The position numbers and the translations under genes were made by a program. A model generated the notes under the pieces. That model saw only the letters and a program-made list of their open reading frames with translations. It did no database searches and was not told where the DNA came from. Positions 1-9,628 of a stretch of 64,000 nt of DNA are shown one piece after another (position 1 is the first letter of the stretch; the number at the start of each line of letters is the position of its first letter). The DNA is from Nitrospinales bacterium (GTDB lineage: Bacteria; Nitrospinota; Nitrospinia; Nitrospinales; VA-1), in contig CBDCWG010000012.1 in the NCBI GenBank assembly GCA_965223345.1, positions 2,848,001 to 2,912,000 on the forward strand, written 5' to 3'.

Positions 1-2
1 CG

Positions 3-1214
3 TTGACCGATCAACCGAGAAGTTTCAGCGCTATCCGCTTGATCCGGGGAACGCTGCGCACCTTCATGAAAGATTGGGGCGCCAACGGCAACCACGGTCA
101 GGTACGCACCGGCACTTCTCTCTGCGGCATCCGCGGTTCCCATGTGGCCTCGACCTACGATCCCGCCGACGGCATGGTCGGACACCTGGTCGAGCAGGGC
201 AGCCTGGTGTGCGAAGCCCCCGACGGGCAGATCTTCATCAAAGGCGATGAAATGATCGTCATCCGTAAAGGCGAAGAGCCGGTCGTCACTAAACTGGACC
301 GCTCATGGTGGGAAGAGCTGGAACAAGCCACCGACGCCAAGGATGGATGGAGGCCCGAGGACGAACCCAGTTTCAAAGGTTTGTCGCACGGAGCCGAGGA
401 AGACTGGAGCGGAGGGTTTGAAGACGACGTCACGCAGGTCGATGAATGGGTGCAGGAAATTTTCCGGCTCAGCAAGGTCTGCGCCTACAGTGAAGCCCTG
501 GCGCTGGCAGATAAAGTACTGGAAGTGGAGCCGGGGCATGCCTGGGTCAATGAAAACTATCCCTCGCTCAAGGAATGGGCCCAGCGCGGCAAGACGTTCC
601 GCCGTTCCCTGGAATCGGCTTATCAGAGCGTGCGGCAAAACGAAACCGACCTGACCGTTTCCTACCTGCAGGAAGCGATGGAAAACGCATCCAGCCAATG
701 CGGTCAGGATCAGATGGTGCAACAGGCGCTCGACGATGCGATCAAGCAGTCGGGTGGGAAACGTGAGGAGGCGATCGCACGCGCCAAACTCCGACGCCGG
801 CAGATACTCGATCAATCCCACAGGCAGCGGGTGCAGACCCGGCAGAAGCGCAAATCCTCCGGCGGCAGCCGCGCGCTGGAAAACGCACTCGGCAATATCC
901 TGAGATCCCTCAACCAACCGTCCGGCGGCAGCGTCGGGGGATTCACCACATCGGAGGAACTCATCCAAAGGCGTGTCGGGGGGGCCGACGCTGCGGATGA
1001 AGCATTCCGGAAATCGACGGGACCGGCTTTCATTCCCAAAGGGTTCACCCCCCGCCCTTCCACACCGCCGCCAGCGGCCCGGACGATTCAGCCGCCCCGC
1101 GCAACGGGCAGCGGTTCCGGCGGCCCCGGCACGGGGGAGTTTGACATGCCAATCCCCAGTATAACGGACCCCTGTGCCGGACCGCATCCCGACGGGGCCT
1201 GCCTGGGACGTTGA
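3..1214 (+). CDS. 5'-truncated protein with FecR-like domain, TPR-like helices and low-complexity C-terminus
   Basis: ORF runs from the window edge; VRTGTSLCGIRGS resembles the FecR-domain VxTPxAxxGIRGT motif; YSEALALADKVLEVEPGHAW is TPR-like; Pro/Gly-rich tail. Confidence 0.5.
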   Translation: MTDQPRSFSAIRLIRGTLRTFMKDWGANGNHGQVRTGTSLCGIRGSHVASTYDPADGMVGHLVEQGSLVCEAPDGQIFIKGDEMIVIRKGEEPVVTKLDRSWWEELEQATDAKDGWRPEDEPSFKGLSHGAEEDWSGGFEDDVTQVDEWVQEIFRLSKVCAYSEALALADKVLEVEPGHAWVNENYPSLKEWAQRGKTFRRSLESAYQSVRQNETDLTVSYLQEAMENASSQCGQDQMVQQALDDAIKQSGGKREEAIARAKLRRRQILDQSHRQRVQTRQKRKSSGGSRALENALGNILRSLNQPSGGSVGGFTTSEELIQRRVGGADAADEAFRKSTGPAFIPKGFTPRPSTPPPAARTIQPPRATGSGSGGPGTGEFDMPIPSITDPCAGPHPDGACLGR

Positions 1215-1294
1215 GTCATGATTTGTTCGCTTTGGCCAATGGGAAAAGCTTTATGCGGGAATGTTCCGCAACTGCGAGGCGGTGAGAATCACTC

Positions 1295-2248
1295 ATGAGC
1301 GAACCGTTTGCAACCAGCCTCAGGAGAATGAGACCCCTTCAATCGAGTATCCTTACCGCCCTCTTTCTGCTTTTGTCTGGATGCATGATTCCCCCGAAGG
1401 CGGGTCAGTTCTCCCGTCCCGATGACGCCGACATGCGCCGTTACAACGATATCACCGAAGCCCATTCGGCCAAGCTGCAGAAAGAGTTCGCGGGCAGGGA
1501 ATTTGTATTTATGCTGAACAAGGACGACAAAGCAAGCAATTCAAACCTGCGGGAGGAAGACCAGGTTAAAATCAGGTCCGATTCTGATGTCAAAGCCGGA
1601 ACGGTCGGGCGAATTCTCGGGCTGAACACAACCAGCTTGAACCAGATTCTGATCCTGTTTGAAACCGAAAACAACGACAAGGGTTCGATCTGGATCCGTG
1701 CTGCTGACACGCCCTTTCTGCAGGGCACAAAGCCCACAAAATTGACGGATAGTATCGCAACGGCGGCCTGGATAGAACAAAACTTTTTGAGAGTCGCAGA
1801 ATATATAGAAGCCCCGGCGCTATCCAAAGAAGAGGTTGTCCTGCCTGAAGCCAAAGAGGGACTGGTGTTGACCCCGCCACCCGAAACGGGGGAACCCAGT
1901 GAACTGAAAAACGCTCCCCAACCGGTGATCAACAACCTGAAGGCTTTGGCGGAGCCCGCTCGAGTCAGCCCAGGCGGCGAGGTGCGGTTGCTGCTGTCGT
2001 TCACGGTGGTGGCCGAAGGGATGCCGAAAGCCGAGGTCGAGGAAAAACGCACGCTCGAGTTCAACGGCAGCGCTCTGCCGCAATTTCCCGTCACCCGCAA
2101 AGTAGCGCGACCTGCAGGAAAACACACCAGCACCTACCGCCAGAAGATTCCCAAGAGTGCGAAACCGGGAATCTATCTGTTTCGTGGTGAGGCCTGTATC
2201 CAGAACGCCTGCAATAGCCATTCGGCTGAGTTCGAACTGCTGCCATGA
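1295..2248 (+). CDS. Lipoprotein, paralogue 1 of a tandem triplet
   Basis: Hydrophobic leader with lipobox LLSGC; shares GREFVF, AGTV, GLNT, LPEAKEGLVLTPPP and the C-terminal domain with the next two ORFs. Confidence 0.75.
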   Translation: MSEPFATSLRRMRPLQSSILTALFLLLSGCMIPPKAGQFSRPDDADMRRYNDITEAHSAKLQKEFAGREFVFMLNKDDKASNSNLREEDQVKIRSDSDVKAGTVGRILGLNTTSLNQILILFETENNDKGSIWIRAADTPFLQGTKPTKLTDSIATAAWIEQNFLRVAEYIEAPALSKEEVVLPEAKEGLVLTPPPETGEPSELKNAPQPVINNLKALAEPARVSPGGEVRLLLSFTVVAEGMPKAEVEEKRTLEFNGSALPQFPVTRKVARPAGKHTSTYRQKIPKSAKPGIYLFRGEACIQNACNSHSAEFELLP

Positions 2249-4200
2249 AGCACCTCACTATTCCTAAATTAAAACTCATGGGGCCGGTGTGTGTCGCCCT
2301 CCTTGCTATAGCGGCGCTGTTCCTGGATGGATGCGTGAAACGGGCTTGGATCTCCCCCACGGAAGGGCAGTTTGCCCGGCCCGACGATGCCGACATGCGG
2401 CGCTTCAACGATCTCAGCGAAGCCCATATAGAAAAGCTTCAGAAGGCGTACACAGGCAGAGAGTTCGTATTCAGAATGAACTGGAAAACACATAAAGTAT
2501 TCACCGAAGACAAAAAAGAGGTCCACGTGCTCGCCGGCACGGTGGCGCGCATTCGGGGTCTCAACACCACCGACTACAAATATCTCTATGTCCTGTTCGA
2601 ATCCGAAGACGGGAAACGGGGTGTGATCCCGCTGGAACTCGTCGACAAAAGAACTGCGAACGAAAAAGCCTGGGTGCCGACACCCGTGTTGACAGACGAC
2701 ATCGTCACCGAGGCCTGGATCGATAGAAAAATTGCTCCCGTCGTGGAATATCTGGAAGCCCCTGGGCTTTCGAGAGAGGCGGTCGCCCTTCCCGAAGCCA
2801 AAGAGGGACTGGTGTTGACCCCGCCACCCGAAACGGGAACACCCGGCACGCCCCCATCCGAACCGCAGCAGGCCATCCACAACCTGAAGGCTTTGGCGGA
2901 GCCCGCTCGAGTCAGCCCAGGCGGCGAGGTGCGGTTGCTGCTGTCGTTCACGGTGGTGGCCGAAGGGATGCCGAAAGCCGAGGTCGAGGAAAAACGCACG
3001 CTCGAGTTCAACGGCAACGCTCTGCCCCAATTTCCCGTCACCCGCAAAGTAGCGCGGCCTGCAGGAAAGCACACCAGCACCTACCGCCAGAAAATTCCCA
3101 AGAGTGCGAAACCGGGACCTTACCTGTTTCGCGGTGAGGTGTGCATCCAGAATGCCTGCAGCAGCCATTCGGCGGAGTTTGAACTGCAGCCATGAGCAGC
3201 CGCTCAGTTCCTCATGTCAATACAATGAATCCCGCTCGCCTTGGAATCCTGACAGCCATCGTCTTCCTGTTTTATGCCTGCCAGCTGACGCCGGAAAAAG
3301 ATGTCACCGTCCTGCCGGACAGCTCTGGCAGCGAGCGCTTCAATGACTTGAGCCCCCAGCGTGTCGCCGAACTGAATCGGGCCCTCGTCGGGCGCGAATT
3401 CGTATTTCGCGTCGACTGGTTCATGCATTACATCGTCAATGAAAACGCTCTCGTGAACCGCTACTTTGAGCCCGGCAAGAAAACCAAGCGCTGGGGACGG
3501 GTTCCCGCCCACGCGGGCACGGTTGCAAAAGTAACTGGGCTGAATACAGCGGGAAACCACATCGTCGTTGTTTTGTTCGAGGATGAAAACGGCAACGAAG
3601 GCTCCATCTGGGTGAGCGCCAGCAAGCCCTGTTCCCCATCAGTTCCCGGTTGCTACAAACGCTGGCAGGACAACTGGTCCGCAAAACTGCCCAGCGAGTT
3701 GAACGACGATACGGTCAACGTCTCCTGGCTCAGGGACGTTCTTTCCAGACGCGCGGTGGAATTTGTCCGCCCCGAGTCTGCGCAGGATGTGACCCTACCC
3801 AGGGCTAAGGAGGGCCTGGTGCTGACCCCACCGCCCGGAGAAGCAAAACCCAAGGCTCCCTCCTCTCCGCAACAGCCGGTTATCCACGAACTCAATGCTT
3901 CGGCCGAACCCGCAAGGGTACAACGCGGCGGCGAGGTGCGGCTGATGCTGTCGTTCACAGTGGTCGCCGAGGGCATGCCGAAAGCCGAGGTCGAAGAAAA
4001 ACGCACTCTAGAATTCAACGGCAGCGCTCTGCCCAAGTTTCCCGTCACCCGCACGCTGGCGCGGCCTGCAGGAAAACACACCAGCACTTACCGCCAGAAG
4101 ATTCCCAAGAGCGCAAAACCGGGAACCTATACGTTCCGGGGAGAGGTTTGCATCCAGAGGGCGTGCAGCAGCCATTCGGCGCAGTTCGAACTGCGGCCTT
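1845..4200 (+). repeat. Three direct copies of a ~350-400 bp segment encoding the shared C-terminal domain (~1845-2248, ~2790-3195, ~3800-4200)
   Basis: 1932-2069 is identical to 2879-3016 (offset 947); the third copy is more diverged but shares long identical runs. Confidence 0.9.
2245..3195 (+). CDS. Lipoprotein, paralogue 2 of a tandem triplet
   Basis: Lipobox-like FLDGC; ATGA overlap with the upstream gene; C-terminal ~105 aa nearly identical to paralogue 1. Confidence 0.75.
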   Translation: MKHLTIPKLKLMGPVCVALLAIAALFLDGCVKRAWISPTEGQFARPDDADMRRFNDLSEAHIEKLQKAYTGREFVFRMNWKTHKVFTEDKKEVHVLAGTVARIRGLNTTDYKYLYVLFESEDGKRGVIPLELVDKRTANEKAWVPTPVLTDDIVTEAWIDRKIAPVVEYLEAPGLSREAVALPEAKEGLVLTPPPETGTPGTPPSEPQQAIHNLKALAEPARVSPGGEVRLLLSFTVVAEGMPKAEVEEKRTLEFNGNALPQFPVTRKVARPAGKHTSTYRQKIPKSAKPGPYLFRGEVCIQNACSSHSAEFELQP

Positions 4201-4202
4201 GA
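3192..4202 (+). CDS. Lipoprotein, paralogue 3 of a tandem triplet
   Basis: Lipobox-like LFYAC; ATGA overlap; same conserved blocks and C-terminal domain. Confidence 0.75.
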   Translation: MSSRSVPHVNTMNPARLGILTAIVFLFYACQLTPEKDVTVLPDSSGSERFNDLSPQRVAELNRALVGREFVFRVDWFMHYIVNENALVNRYFEPGKKTKRWGRVPAHAGTVAKVTGLNTAGNHIVVVLFEDENGNEGSIWVSASKPCSPSVPGCYKRWQDNWSAKLPSELNDDTVNVSWLRDVLSRRAVEFVRPESAQDVTLPRAKEGLVLTPPPGEAKPKAPSSPQQPVIHELNASAEPARVQRGGEVRLMLSFTVVAEGMPKAEVEEKRTLEFNGSALPKFPVTRTLARPAGKHTSTYRQKIPKSAKPGTYTFRGEVCIQRACSSHSAQFELRP

Positions 4203-4311
4203 GTTCCTTTCCCCATCCCGGCATTTATCACAGAAGTTCCGGGGAATAAACAGCATCCCAGGGGATCTTCTTATGTCATGTTGCGGAATCACCCAAAAAG
4301 AGAGCAACACC

Positions 4312-5070
4312 GTGTCTGATGAAATTCCCAGTTATTACAGAGGACGCAAAGAGGCGCTGCTGAAAGATTTCGATCGCACCGCGGATTTGATGAAAGCGCC
4401 TCTGGCACAACGCCTGGGTGCACAAACTGCGACCGAAATGATACGGGACGTGCGCCGGGAATACGAAACGCTCATTCCCGAGATTCCCTACCTCAAGGGA
4501 TTGCGGGCGAGGACGTTCAACAACTTTCTTCTGATCACCGCGCAGGAGCTTGCCGTCTACAAAGCGCTGCAAAAAAGGGATAAATCCGCCTGCGATGCCT
4601 GGGAGTTGTGTCACGAGGCGCTGCGCCGGAGGCTGGCGGCAATCCCGCGCTGGAAGCGGTGGCTCATGAAATGCCTGATGTTCTCCCCGATCGTCAAGGC
4701 GGTGATGCGGCGGCGCGCCGAGAAGCAGGTGAAGGCCCGTTTCGGCGAATTCGAGGTGGAATATCTCATCGGCGACGGCAGGGAGTTCGACTTCGGCGTC
4801 AACTACCTGCAATGCGGCAACGTGAACTTTGTGAAAAAACACGGCGGAGAGGCGTTCGTTCCCTACATCTGCATGTCGGACATCGCGTTGAGCGAAGCTT
4901 TGGGATGGGGACTGACACGCACCCAGACCCTGGCCGACGGATGCCCCAACTGCAATTTTCGCTTTAAAAAAGGGAATGAAACACGGATTACCTCCCAAAC
5001 GTTTGAAGTACAAAAAACGATCGAGATGATCGCGGAAAAAGAAGCCCGCGAAGCCGGGGCGGTGAACTGA
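4312..5070 (+). CDS. L-2-amino-thiazoline-4-carboxylate hydrolase (ATC_hydrolase) family protein
   Basis: C-terminal YICMSD...GWGLTRTQTLADGCPNCNFRF pattern typical of the family; GTG start at 4312 is a best guess (track start 4273). Confidence 0.7.
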   Translation: MSDEIPSYYRGRKEALLKDFDRTADLMKAPLAQRLGAQTATEMIRDVRREYETLIPEIPYLKGLRARTFNNFLLITAQELAVYKALQKRDKSACDAWELCHEALRRRLAAIPRWKRWLMKCLMFSPIVKAVMRRRAEKQVKARFGEFEVEYLIGDGREFDFGVNYLQCGNVNFVKKHGGEAFVPYICMSDIALSEALGWGLTRTQTLADGCPNCNFRFKKGNETRITSQTFEVQKTIEMIAEKEAREAGAVN

Positions 5071-5124
5071 CATGCGTTGCGCCTGCGGGCAGCGCGGGTT
5101 TCAATTTTATTTCGGGTGGACAGG

Positions 5125-5655
5125 ATGCGTCTCAGGGGCGTGCACCATGTGGAATTCAACGTTCTGGATTATGAAAAATCCCTCGAGTTTTACGACCGCA
5201 TGTTCGGCTGGCTGGGTTATTCCAGCTTCAGCACCCTGAACATCGAATACCAGGGCACCTACTACGTCGCCTACCCGCACAGCTACATCGGCATCCAGCC
5301 CGCCAGGCAGGAGCAACCGCTCGACTTCGACGCCTGGCAACCGGGAATCCATCACATCGCCCTGCAGGGGAAAAACCGTAAGGAAATCGACCGCTTCCAC
5401 ACAGAATTCTTACTCCGGCACGAAGTGCAGGTGGTCGATCCGCCGGCCGAATACCCGCACTACGCTCCCGGTTATTACGCGGTGTTTTTCAAGGATCCTT
5501 CCGGCATCAAGTGGGAGCTGGCGCATTTTCCCATCGTCCCCTCCCCCCGGGCCTTCTACCGCTGGTACAAACTGCTGAGCGAGGAAAAGAAAAAACATCC
5601 GGAATGGCAACGCCACCCGATGCACGAAGGGGTCCGCAAACTGCCGAAACCCTGA
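5125..5655 (+). CDS. VOC/glyoxalase family protein
   Basis: GVHHVEFNV...FYD, GIHHIA, YAPGYYAVFFKDPSGIKWE. Confidence 0.85.
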   Translation: MRLRGVHHVEFNVLDYEKSLEFYDRMFGWLGYSSFSTLNIEYQGTYYVAYPHSYIGIQPARQEQPLDFDAWQPGIHHIALQGKNRKEIDRFHTEFLLRHEVQVVDPPAEYPHYAPGYYAVFFKDPSGIKWELAHFPIVPSPRAFYRWYKLLSEEKKKHPEWQRHPMHEGVRKLPKP

Positions 5656-5845
5656 CGGGGGAATTGCCGGTTATTTTTTTTCAAAATCATTATAATGACC
5701 GGGCGTTTCCTGTTTGCATTGAAACGGAGGACCCGCTTTCCCTATCAGATATTATTTTCAACAATCGAAAGCTGCGCCCAAACGGATCCGTTTTGAACCT
5801 GCTGAGTTGATGTGCGACGAGACCAGACACTTTCCGGAGAATCGA

Positions 5846-6487
5846 ATGATGAACACTCGAAACGAAACGTTCAGAATAATTATTGCTTCGCTCCTGGTCA
5901 TCCTGGGGCTCAACGCCTGCGTCACCCAGGGCCCTTCCGGCACCGGATTCATAAGCGATCACTCCAAATTGCAGAAAAACCCCGATTTCGAGGGCTCGTT
6001 GATTTACTTCAACCCGGAAAGGCCTTTGAAAAACTATTCCAGGTTCATCGTCAACCCCGTTCAGGTTCGCTTGTCGTCCAGGGGGAAGATGTGGGATGTG
6101 GAAAAAAGCAGGCTGCACGGCGTTTCCCAGTACGTTTATGACCAAATCATCTCTGAGCTGACAAAAAGCGGCTACAACATCGTCAGCACACCGGGCCCCG
6201 ATACTCTGGTGTTGCGGGTTGCCATCACGGAAGTCGCGCCGACCCGAATGATCGATCCGCACAAAAGTCTGATTGTCGGCGGCATCAGCCTCGGCGGCGC
6301 TTCGGGTGAGGCCGAATTGATCGATGCGCTGACCGGGGAGGTGGTGGTCGCGGCCGTGGAATCCCAGAAAGGCGAAAAAGGATTTGATGATAGGACGGAA
6401 TACGGCAGCGCGAAAAACGTGATGGACCGGTGGGTCAAAAGGCTGATCATCCGGATGGATAAAGAACACGGGAAAACGAGACAATAA
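5846..6487 (+). CDS. DUF3313 family lipoprotein
   Basis: Lipobox LNAC, TGFISDHSKL, PGPDTLVLRVAIT, EAELIDALTGEVV. Confidence 0.75.
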   Translation: MMNTRNETFRIIIASLLVILGLNACVTQGPSGTGFISDHSKLQKNPDFEGSLIYFNPERPLKNYSRFIVNPVQVRLSSRGKMWDVEKSRLHGVSQYVYDQIISELTKSGYNIVSTPGPDTLVLRVAITEVAPTRMIDPHKSLIVGGISLGGASGEAELIDALTGEVVVAAVESQKGEKGFDDRTEYGSAKNVMDRWVKRLIIRMDKEHGKTRQ

Positions 6488-6579
6488 ACCTTTTCAGTTC
6501 AGCCAGGGCGAGTCCCCAGCCAACAAGCGCCCCTTTTGTGCCGTTTGTGTGTGCGGCTCAACGTGCGACGTTTTTTGCT

Positions 6580-6987
6580 TCATTCGCTCACCTTCAGTTC
6601 CCGGAAGCCCGCCAGCACTTCATTGAGATATTCCGGATCGAACTCAAACCCGCCCTTCAGAAGATAATCCGCCGTTTTCACCGGGCCGGCACAGGCGTCG
6701 CCAAGCGCGAATTCGACCCAGAGCGCTGTTTTGCCCGCGGGAGTGGAAAAGGCGATGAAGCTGTCGTAGGTGCCTTGCAAACGGGGGATCTGCTGGCGTT
6801 CCAGGACGAAGGCATTCAATTCCTCAACGAATCGGTCCAGGTTGAGAAACTGCACGTCCGTGTTTTTGTCGGTAAACGCACCGTGCCCGATATCGACGGA
6901 CACTTCGACCTCAAACGAGGAATACTGCACATCGCCGTGTTTTTCGATACGGATCGCCGACCGGCTGTCCGAAGAATAAATTTTCAT
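6580..6987 (-). CDS. Hypothetical protein (135 aa)
   Basis: ATG-started ORF with globular-looking composition; weak resemblance to immunity-type proteins not confirmed. Confidence 0.55.
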   Translation of the reverse strand: MKIYSSDSRSAIRIEKHGDVQYSSFEVEVSVDIGHGAFTDKNTDVQFLNLDRFVEELNAFVLERQQIPRLQGTYDSFIAFSTPAGKTALWVEFALGDACAGPVKTADYLLKGGFEFDPEYLNEVLAGFRELKVSE

Positions 6988-7132
6988 TGGATTTTAGGGG
7001 GTTAGCGGTGTGTGTGTCACCTTTTGCATGATGCACGGCCGTGTCTGCGGCGGCCCTTGCTTCGCAGGCGGGCATTCTAGCGACTGGAGACCGGTTTGCA
7101 AAGGAAAACCGTTCGGTCCGGGATGCGGGCGT

Positions 7133-7717
7133 TCAGGACTGCTTGTAAAATCCGTTGCGGTGGTCGGGTTTGAGTTCCCGGGTGAGGTTCTGGCGCTTCT
7201 GGTGCATGCTGAGGTCGTGGGTCATGAGGAGCTGGTTGAGCATCTGCTGGCGGGAAAGCGGGATGTTGTGCGACTTGCCTTCGTACTGCACGACGAGTTT
7301 GCCGTTTTCCCCGTTCTCCACCTGCAAAGATTCTTCTTTGAGGATCTCCCCAGTCCAGCTCAGCAGAAAACGGCGGTCCCAGGGTTTGAGGAAATAAAAA
7401 TCGGCGCCGGATTCCAGCCCCTGGATGAGGGTTTTCATTTCCCAGGTGGCGGACAGGAGAACGACGGAAACGTCTCTCAGGGAAGGGTTTGCCTTGAGGG
7501 AGCGGCACAGCTCGAAGCCGTCCATGCCGGGCATGTAGATGTCGCTGAAGATGAGGCGGGGTTTGCGTTCGTGGATCCGTTCCAGTGCTTCGGCTCCGTC
7601 TGCGGCGACCTGCACGGCGTAGTCTTTCTTGGCCAGGGTGTGGCGGAGCAGGTTTCTCTGCTCCTTGCAGTCATCGACCACCAGAATCGGGGTCTCGGTG
7701 TCACTCAACGAAGGCAT
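7133..7717 (-). CDS. Response regulator receiver protein with short C-terminal extension
   Basis: ILVVDD, SDIYMPGMDG (phospho-Asp), GADFYFLKP. Confidence 0.85.
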   Translation of the reverse strand: MPSLSDTETPILVVDDCKEQRNLLRHTLAKKDYAVQVAADGAEALERIHERKPRLIFSDIYMPGMDGFELCRSLKANPSLRDVSVVLLSATWEMKTLIQGLESGADFYFLKPWDRRFLLSWTGEILKEESLQVENGENGKLVVQYEGKSHNIPLSRQQMLNQLLMTHDLSMHQKRQNLTRELKPDHRNGFYKQS

Positions 7718-7880
7718 CTGGAATCAACCATTTCTATCCCGCGGCTCTTTTGAGAGCCTGGGACGCTGTATTCGAAACGGAACGCGTCGTTCGCGTTCCC
7801 GGCAAAGAGGGCGCACTCAAAAAAGGTTCCATCCGGGGCCCATCCGTTAAGTCCACCCCGGCAATCGGTCCCTTTGCGGA

Positions 7881-8306
7881 TCATTGATCCGGATCGGCTC
7901 CCACCAGAAATCCTTCGAGGTGCGCTTTCTTGCTGGCGTCGCCTTTGCGGTACACGCGGATCACTTTTTCCATCAGCTCGCGCAATTTGCGATCCTGCAG
8001 CAGATGGACGAACTCCTTCTGGAAAACGGACTTCTCGACGTTTTCCGATTCGGCGCGGATCATCGGGCCGCGGCCGGTCAGGAGCCAGTAGATGTTGATG
8101 TTGGAATACAGGCAGAGGTTGGCGAGGGTGGTTGCAGAGGGAAGGGACTTGTCGTTTTCCAGGTCCGAAAGAGACCCCTGGGAAACCCGGATCTTCTTGG
8201 ACAATTCCACCAGCTTCAGAAGTGAGTACTTGCGCCAGGCTTTCAGGCGCTTACCAACCGTCATAATGGTAATGGTTTCTTGAGATCCGTTGTTGTCAGT
8301 CGTCAT
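7881..8306 (-). CDS. XRE-family HTH transcriptional regulator
   Basis: VGKRLKAWRK...LVELSKKIRVSQGSLSDLENDKSLPS...INIYWLLTG; purine-rich RBS upstream of ATG 8306. Confidence 0.85.
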   Translation of the reverse strand: MTTDNNGSQETITIMTVGKRLKAWRKYSLLKLVELSKKIRVSQGSLSDLENDKSLPSATTLANLCLYSNINIYWLLTGRGPMIRAESENVEKSVFQKEFVHLLQDRKLRELMEKVIRVYRKGDASKKAHLEGFLVGADPDQ

Positions 8307-8635
8307 AACTTCCCTCTTTAGAAGGTGCGGGTAATAATTTGAGGCCGGGACCACTCGACCCCAATACAGTTAATTTCTCCTAAATTTGCCGATTTTTGAA
8401 CAATTCTTTTACGAAATGGGCAAATTAATTTGCTGCTTACGGAGTTTTAAAAGCATAGGGGGGGCGTATGGCGAAACCGTTAAGCGTAAGTCACAGTCTT
8501 GTAACAATATAAGTGGATTTTCCCGCGCGGGAGGTAAAGGAACGGGCGTTTTGCTTTACTGCAAATCGGGCCAAAAAGGATGAAAAACCGGGCAGATATT
8601 TGCGGGTAATAGACTGAAATTGAGACCGGCAGGGC

Positions 8636-8662
8636 AAAAAAAAGGGGGAAGAAAGCTTCCCC
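8636..8662 (-). terminator. Probable intrinsic terminator downstream of the OmpR-family regulator
   Basis: GGGGAAG-4-CTTCCCC stem with an A8 run on its left (U-tract on the minus strand). Confidence 0.55.
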
Positions 8663-8745
8663 TGTCAAACGGTGATTTTCGCTTCGATCCGCCCCCAGCT
8701 TTCCAGCCGCCGGGGCGGCGATCGATCGAATGCTTTATGTGCGCC

Positions 8746-9429
8746 TCATTTGTCCTGAAAACGGTAACCGACACCGCGAACGGTTTCGATGTATTCGCCG
8801 GCGTCCTTCAGTTTGGAGCGCAGCCTCTGGATGTGGGTGTCGATGGTGCGGGAAAACACACCGTCGCCGTACTCCCAGATCTGTTCCAGCAGCACGTCGC
8901 GCGGTTTGATCTTGCCGGGCGATTCGATCAGACGCGCCAGCAGTTTGAATTCGGTGAGCGTCAGCTCGACGTCCTTGTTCTTCACCTTGACCGCGTGATT
9001 GGCGAGATTGACGGACAGGCAGCCATACTTGAAATGCTCCTTCGGTTCGGGCGACGCGTACACGCGTTTGAGCACGCTCTTGATGCGCAGGATCACTTCC
9101 CGGGTGTTGAAGGGCTTGGTGATGTAATCGTCGGCTCCGAATTCGAGTCCCAGAACGCGGTCGATTTCTTCGTCCCTCGCCGTCAGCATGACAATGGGCA
9201 CGTGCGAGCTGCGCGGATCGAGACGGATTTCCTTGCACACGTCCATGCCGCTCATGTCCGGCAGGTTGACGTCCAGCACCACGAGATCGGGGGTCTTGGC
9301 CCGTATCCATTTGACCGCGGACTCGCCGTCGGCCACCGTCTGCACCTTGAAACCGTCCTTGCCCAGCTTCAGTTCCAGGGCCGCCGTCAAATCCTTGTCA
9401 TCATCGACCAGCAAAATGTTGTTTTTCAT
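8746..9429 (-). CDS. OmpR/PhoB-family DNA-binding response regulator
   Basis: ILLVDDD, LDVNLPDMSG, LEFGADDYITKPF, winged helix RTIDTHIQRLRSKL...IETVRGVGYRF. Confidence 0.92.
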   Translation of the reverse strand: MKNNILLVDDDKDLTAALELKLGKDGFKVQTVADGESAVKWIRAKTPDLVVLDVNLPDMSGMDVCKEIRLDPRSSHVPIVMLTARDEEIDRVLGLEFGADDYITKPFNTREVILRIKSVLKRVYASPEPKEHFKYGCLSVNLANHAVKVKNKDVELTLTEFKLLARLIESPGKIKPRDVLLEQIWEYGDGVFSRTIDTHIQRLRSKLKDAGEYIETVRGVGYRFQDK

Positions 9430-9628
9430 AAATTGCTTCCTTCCAAGTGGGACTCTTGCCGCCGTTTCGGCTTGGGCTTGTGACTCCAGCTCACGCACCG
9501 GCCGTCCCGGCGATTTCATTTCGAAACCGGTTTCCCATCCTTGCGGACGGGATGTCATTTTTCTCCTGCCGTTTTGCAAACCGCCGGCAATTGCTTACGC
9601 CCAAACGGTTAATTTTTATTCTGCGCGT

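Noticed and set aside
1845..4200. Diversity-generating retroelement template/variable repeats
   Set aside because: No reverse transcriptase in the window, all copies are coding, and the differences are not confined to adenines
6580..6987. Integron cassette or orphan immunity gene
   Set aside because: No attC-like ends were seen and the family resemblance is too weak to support a call
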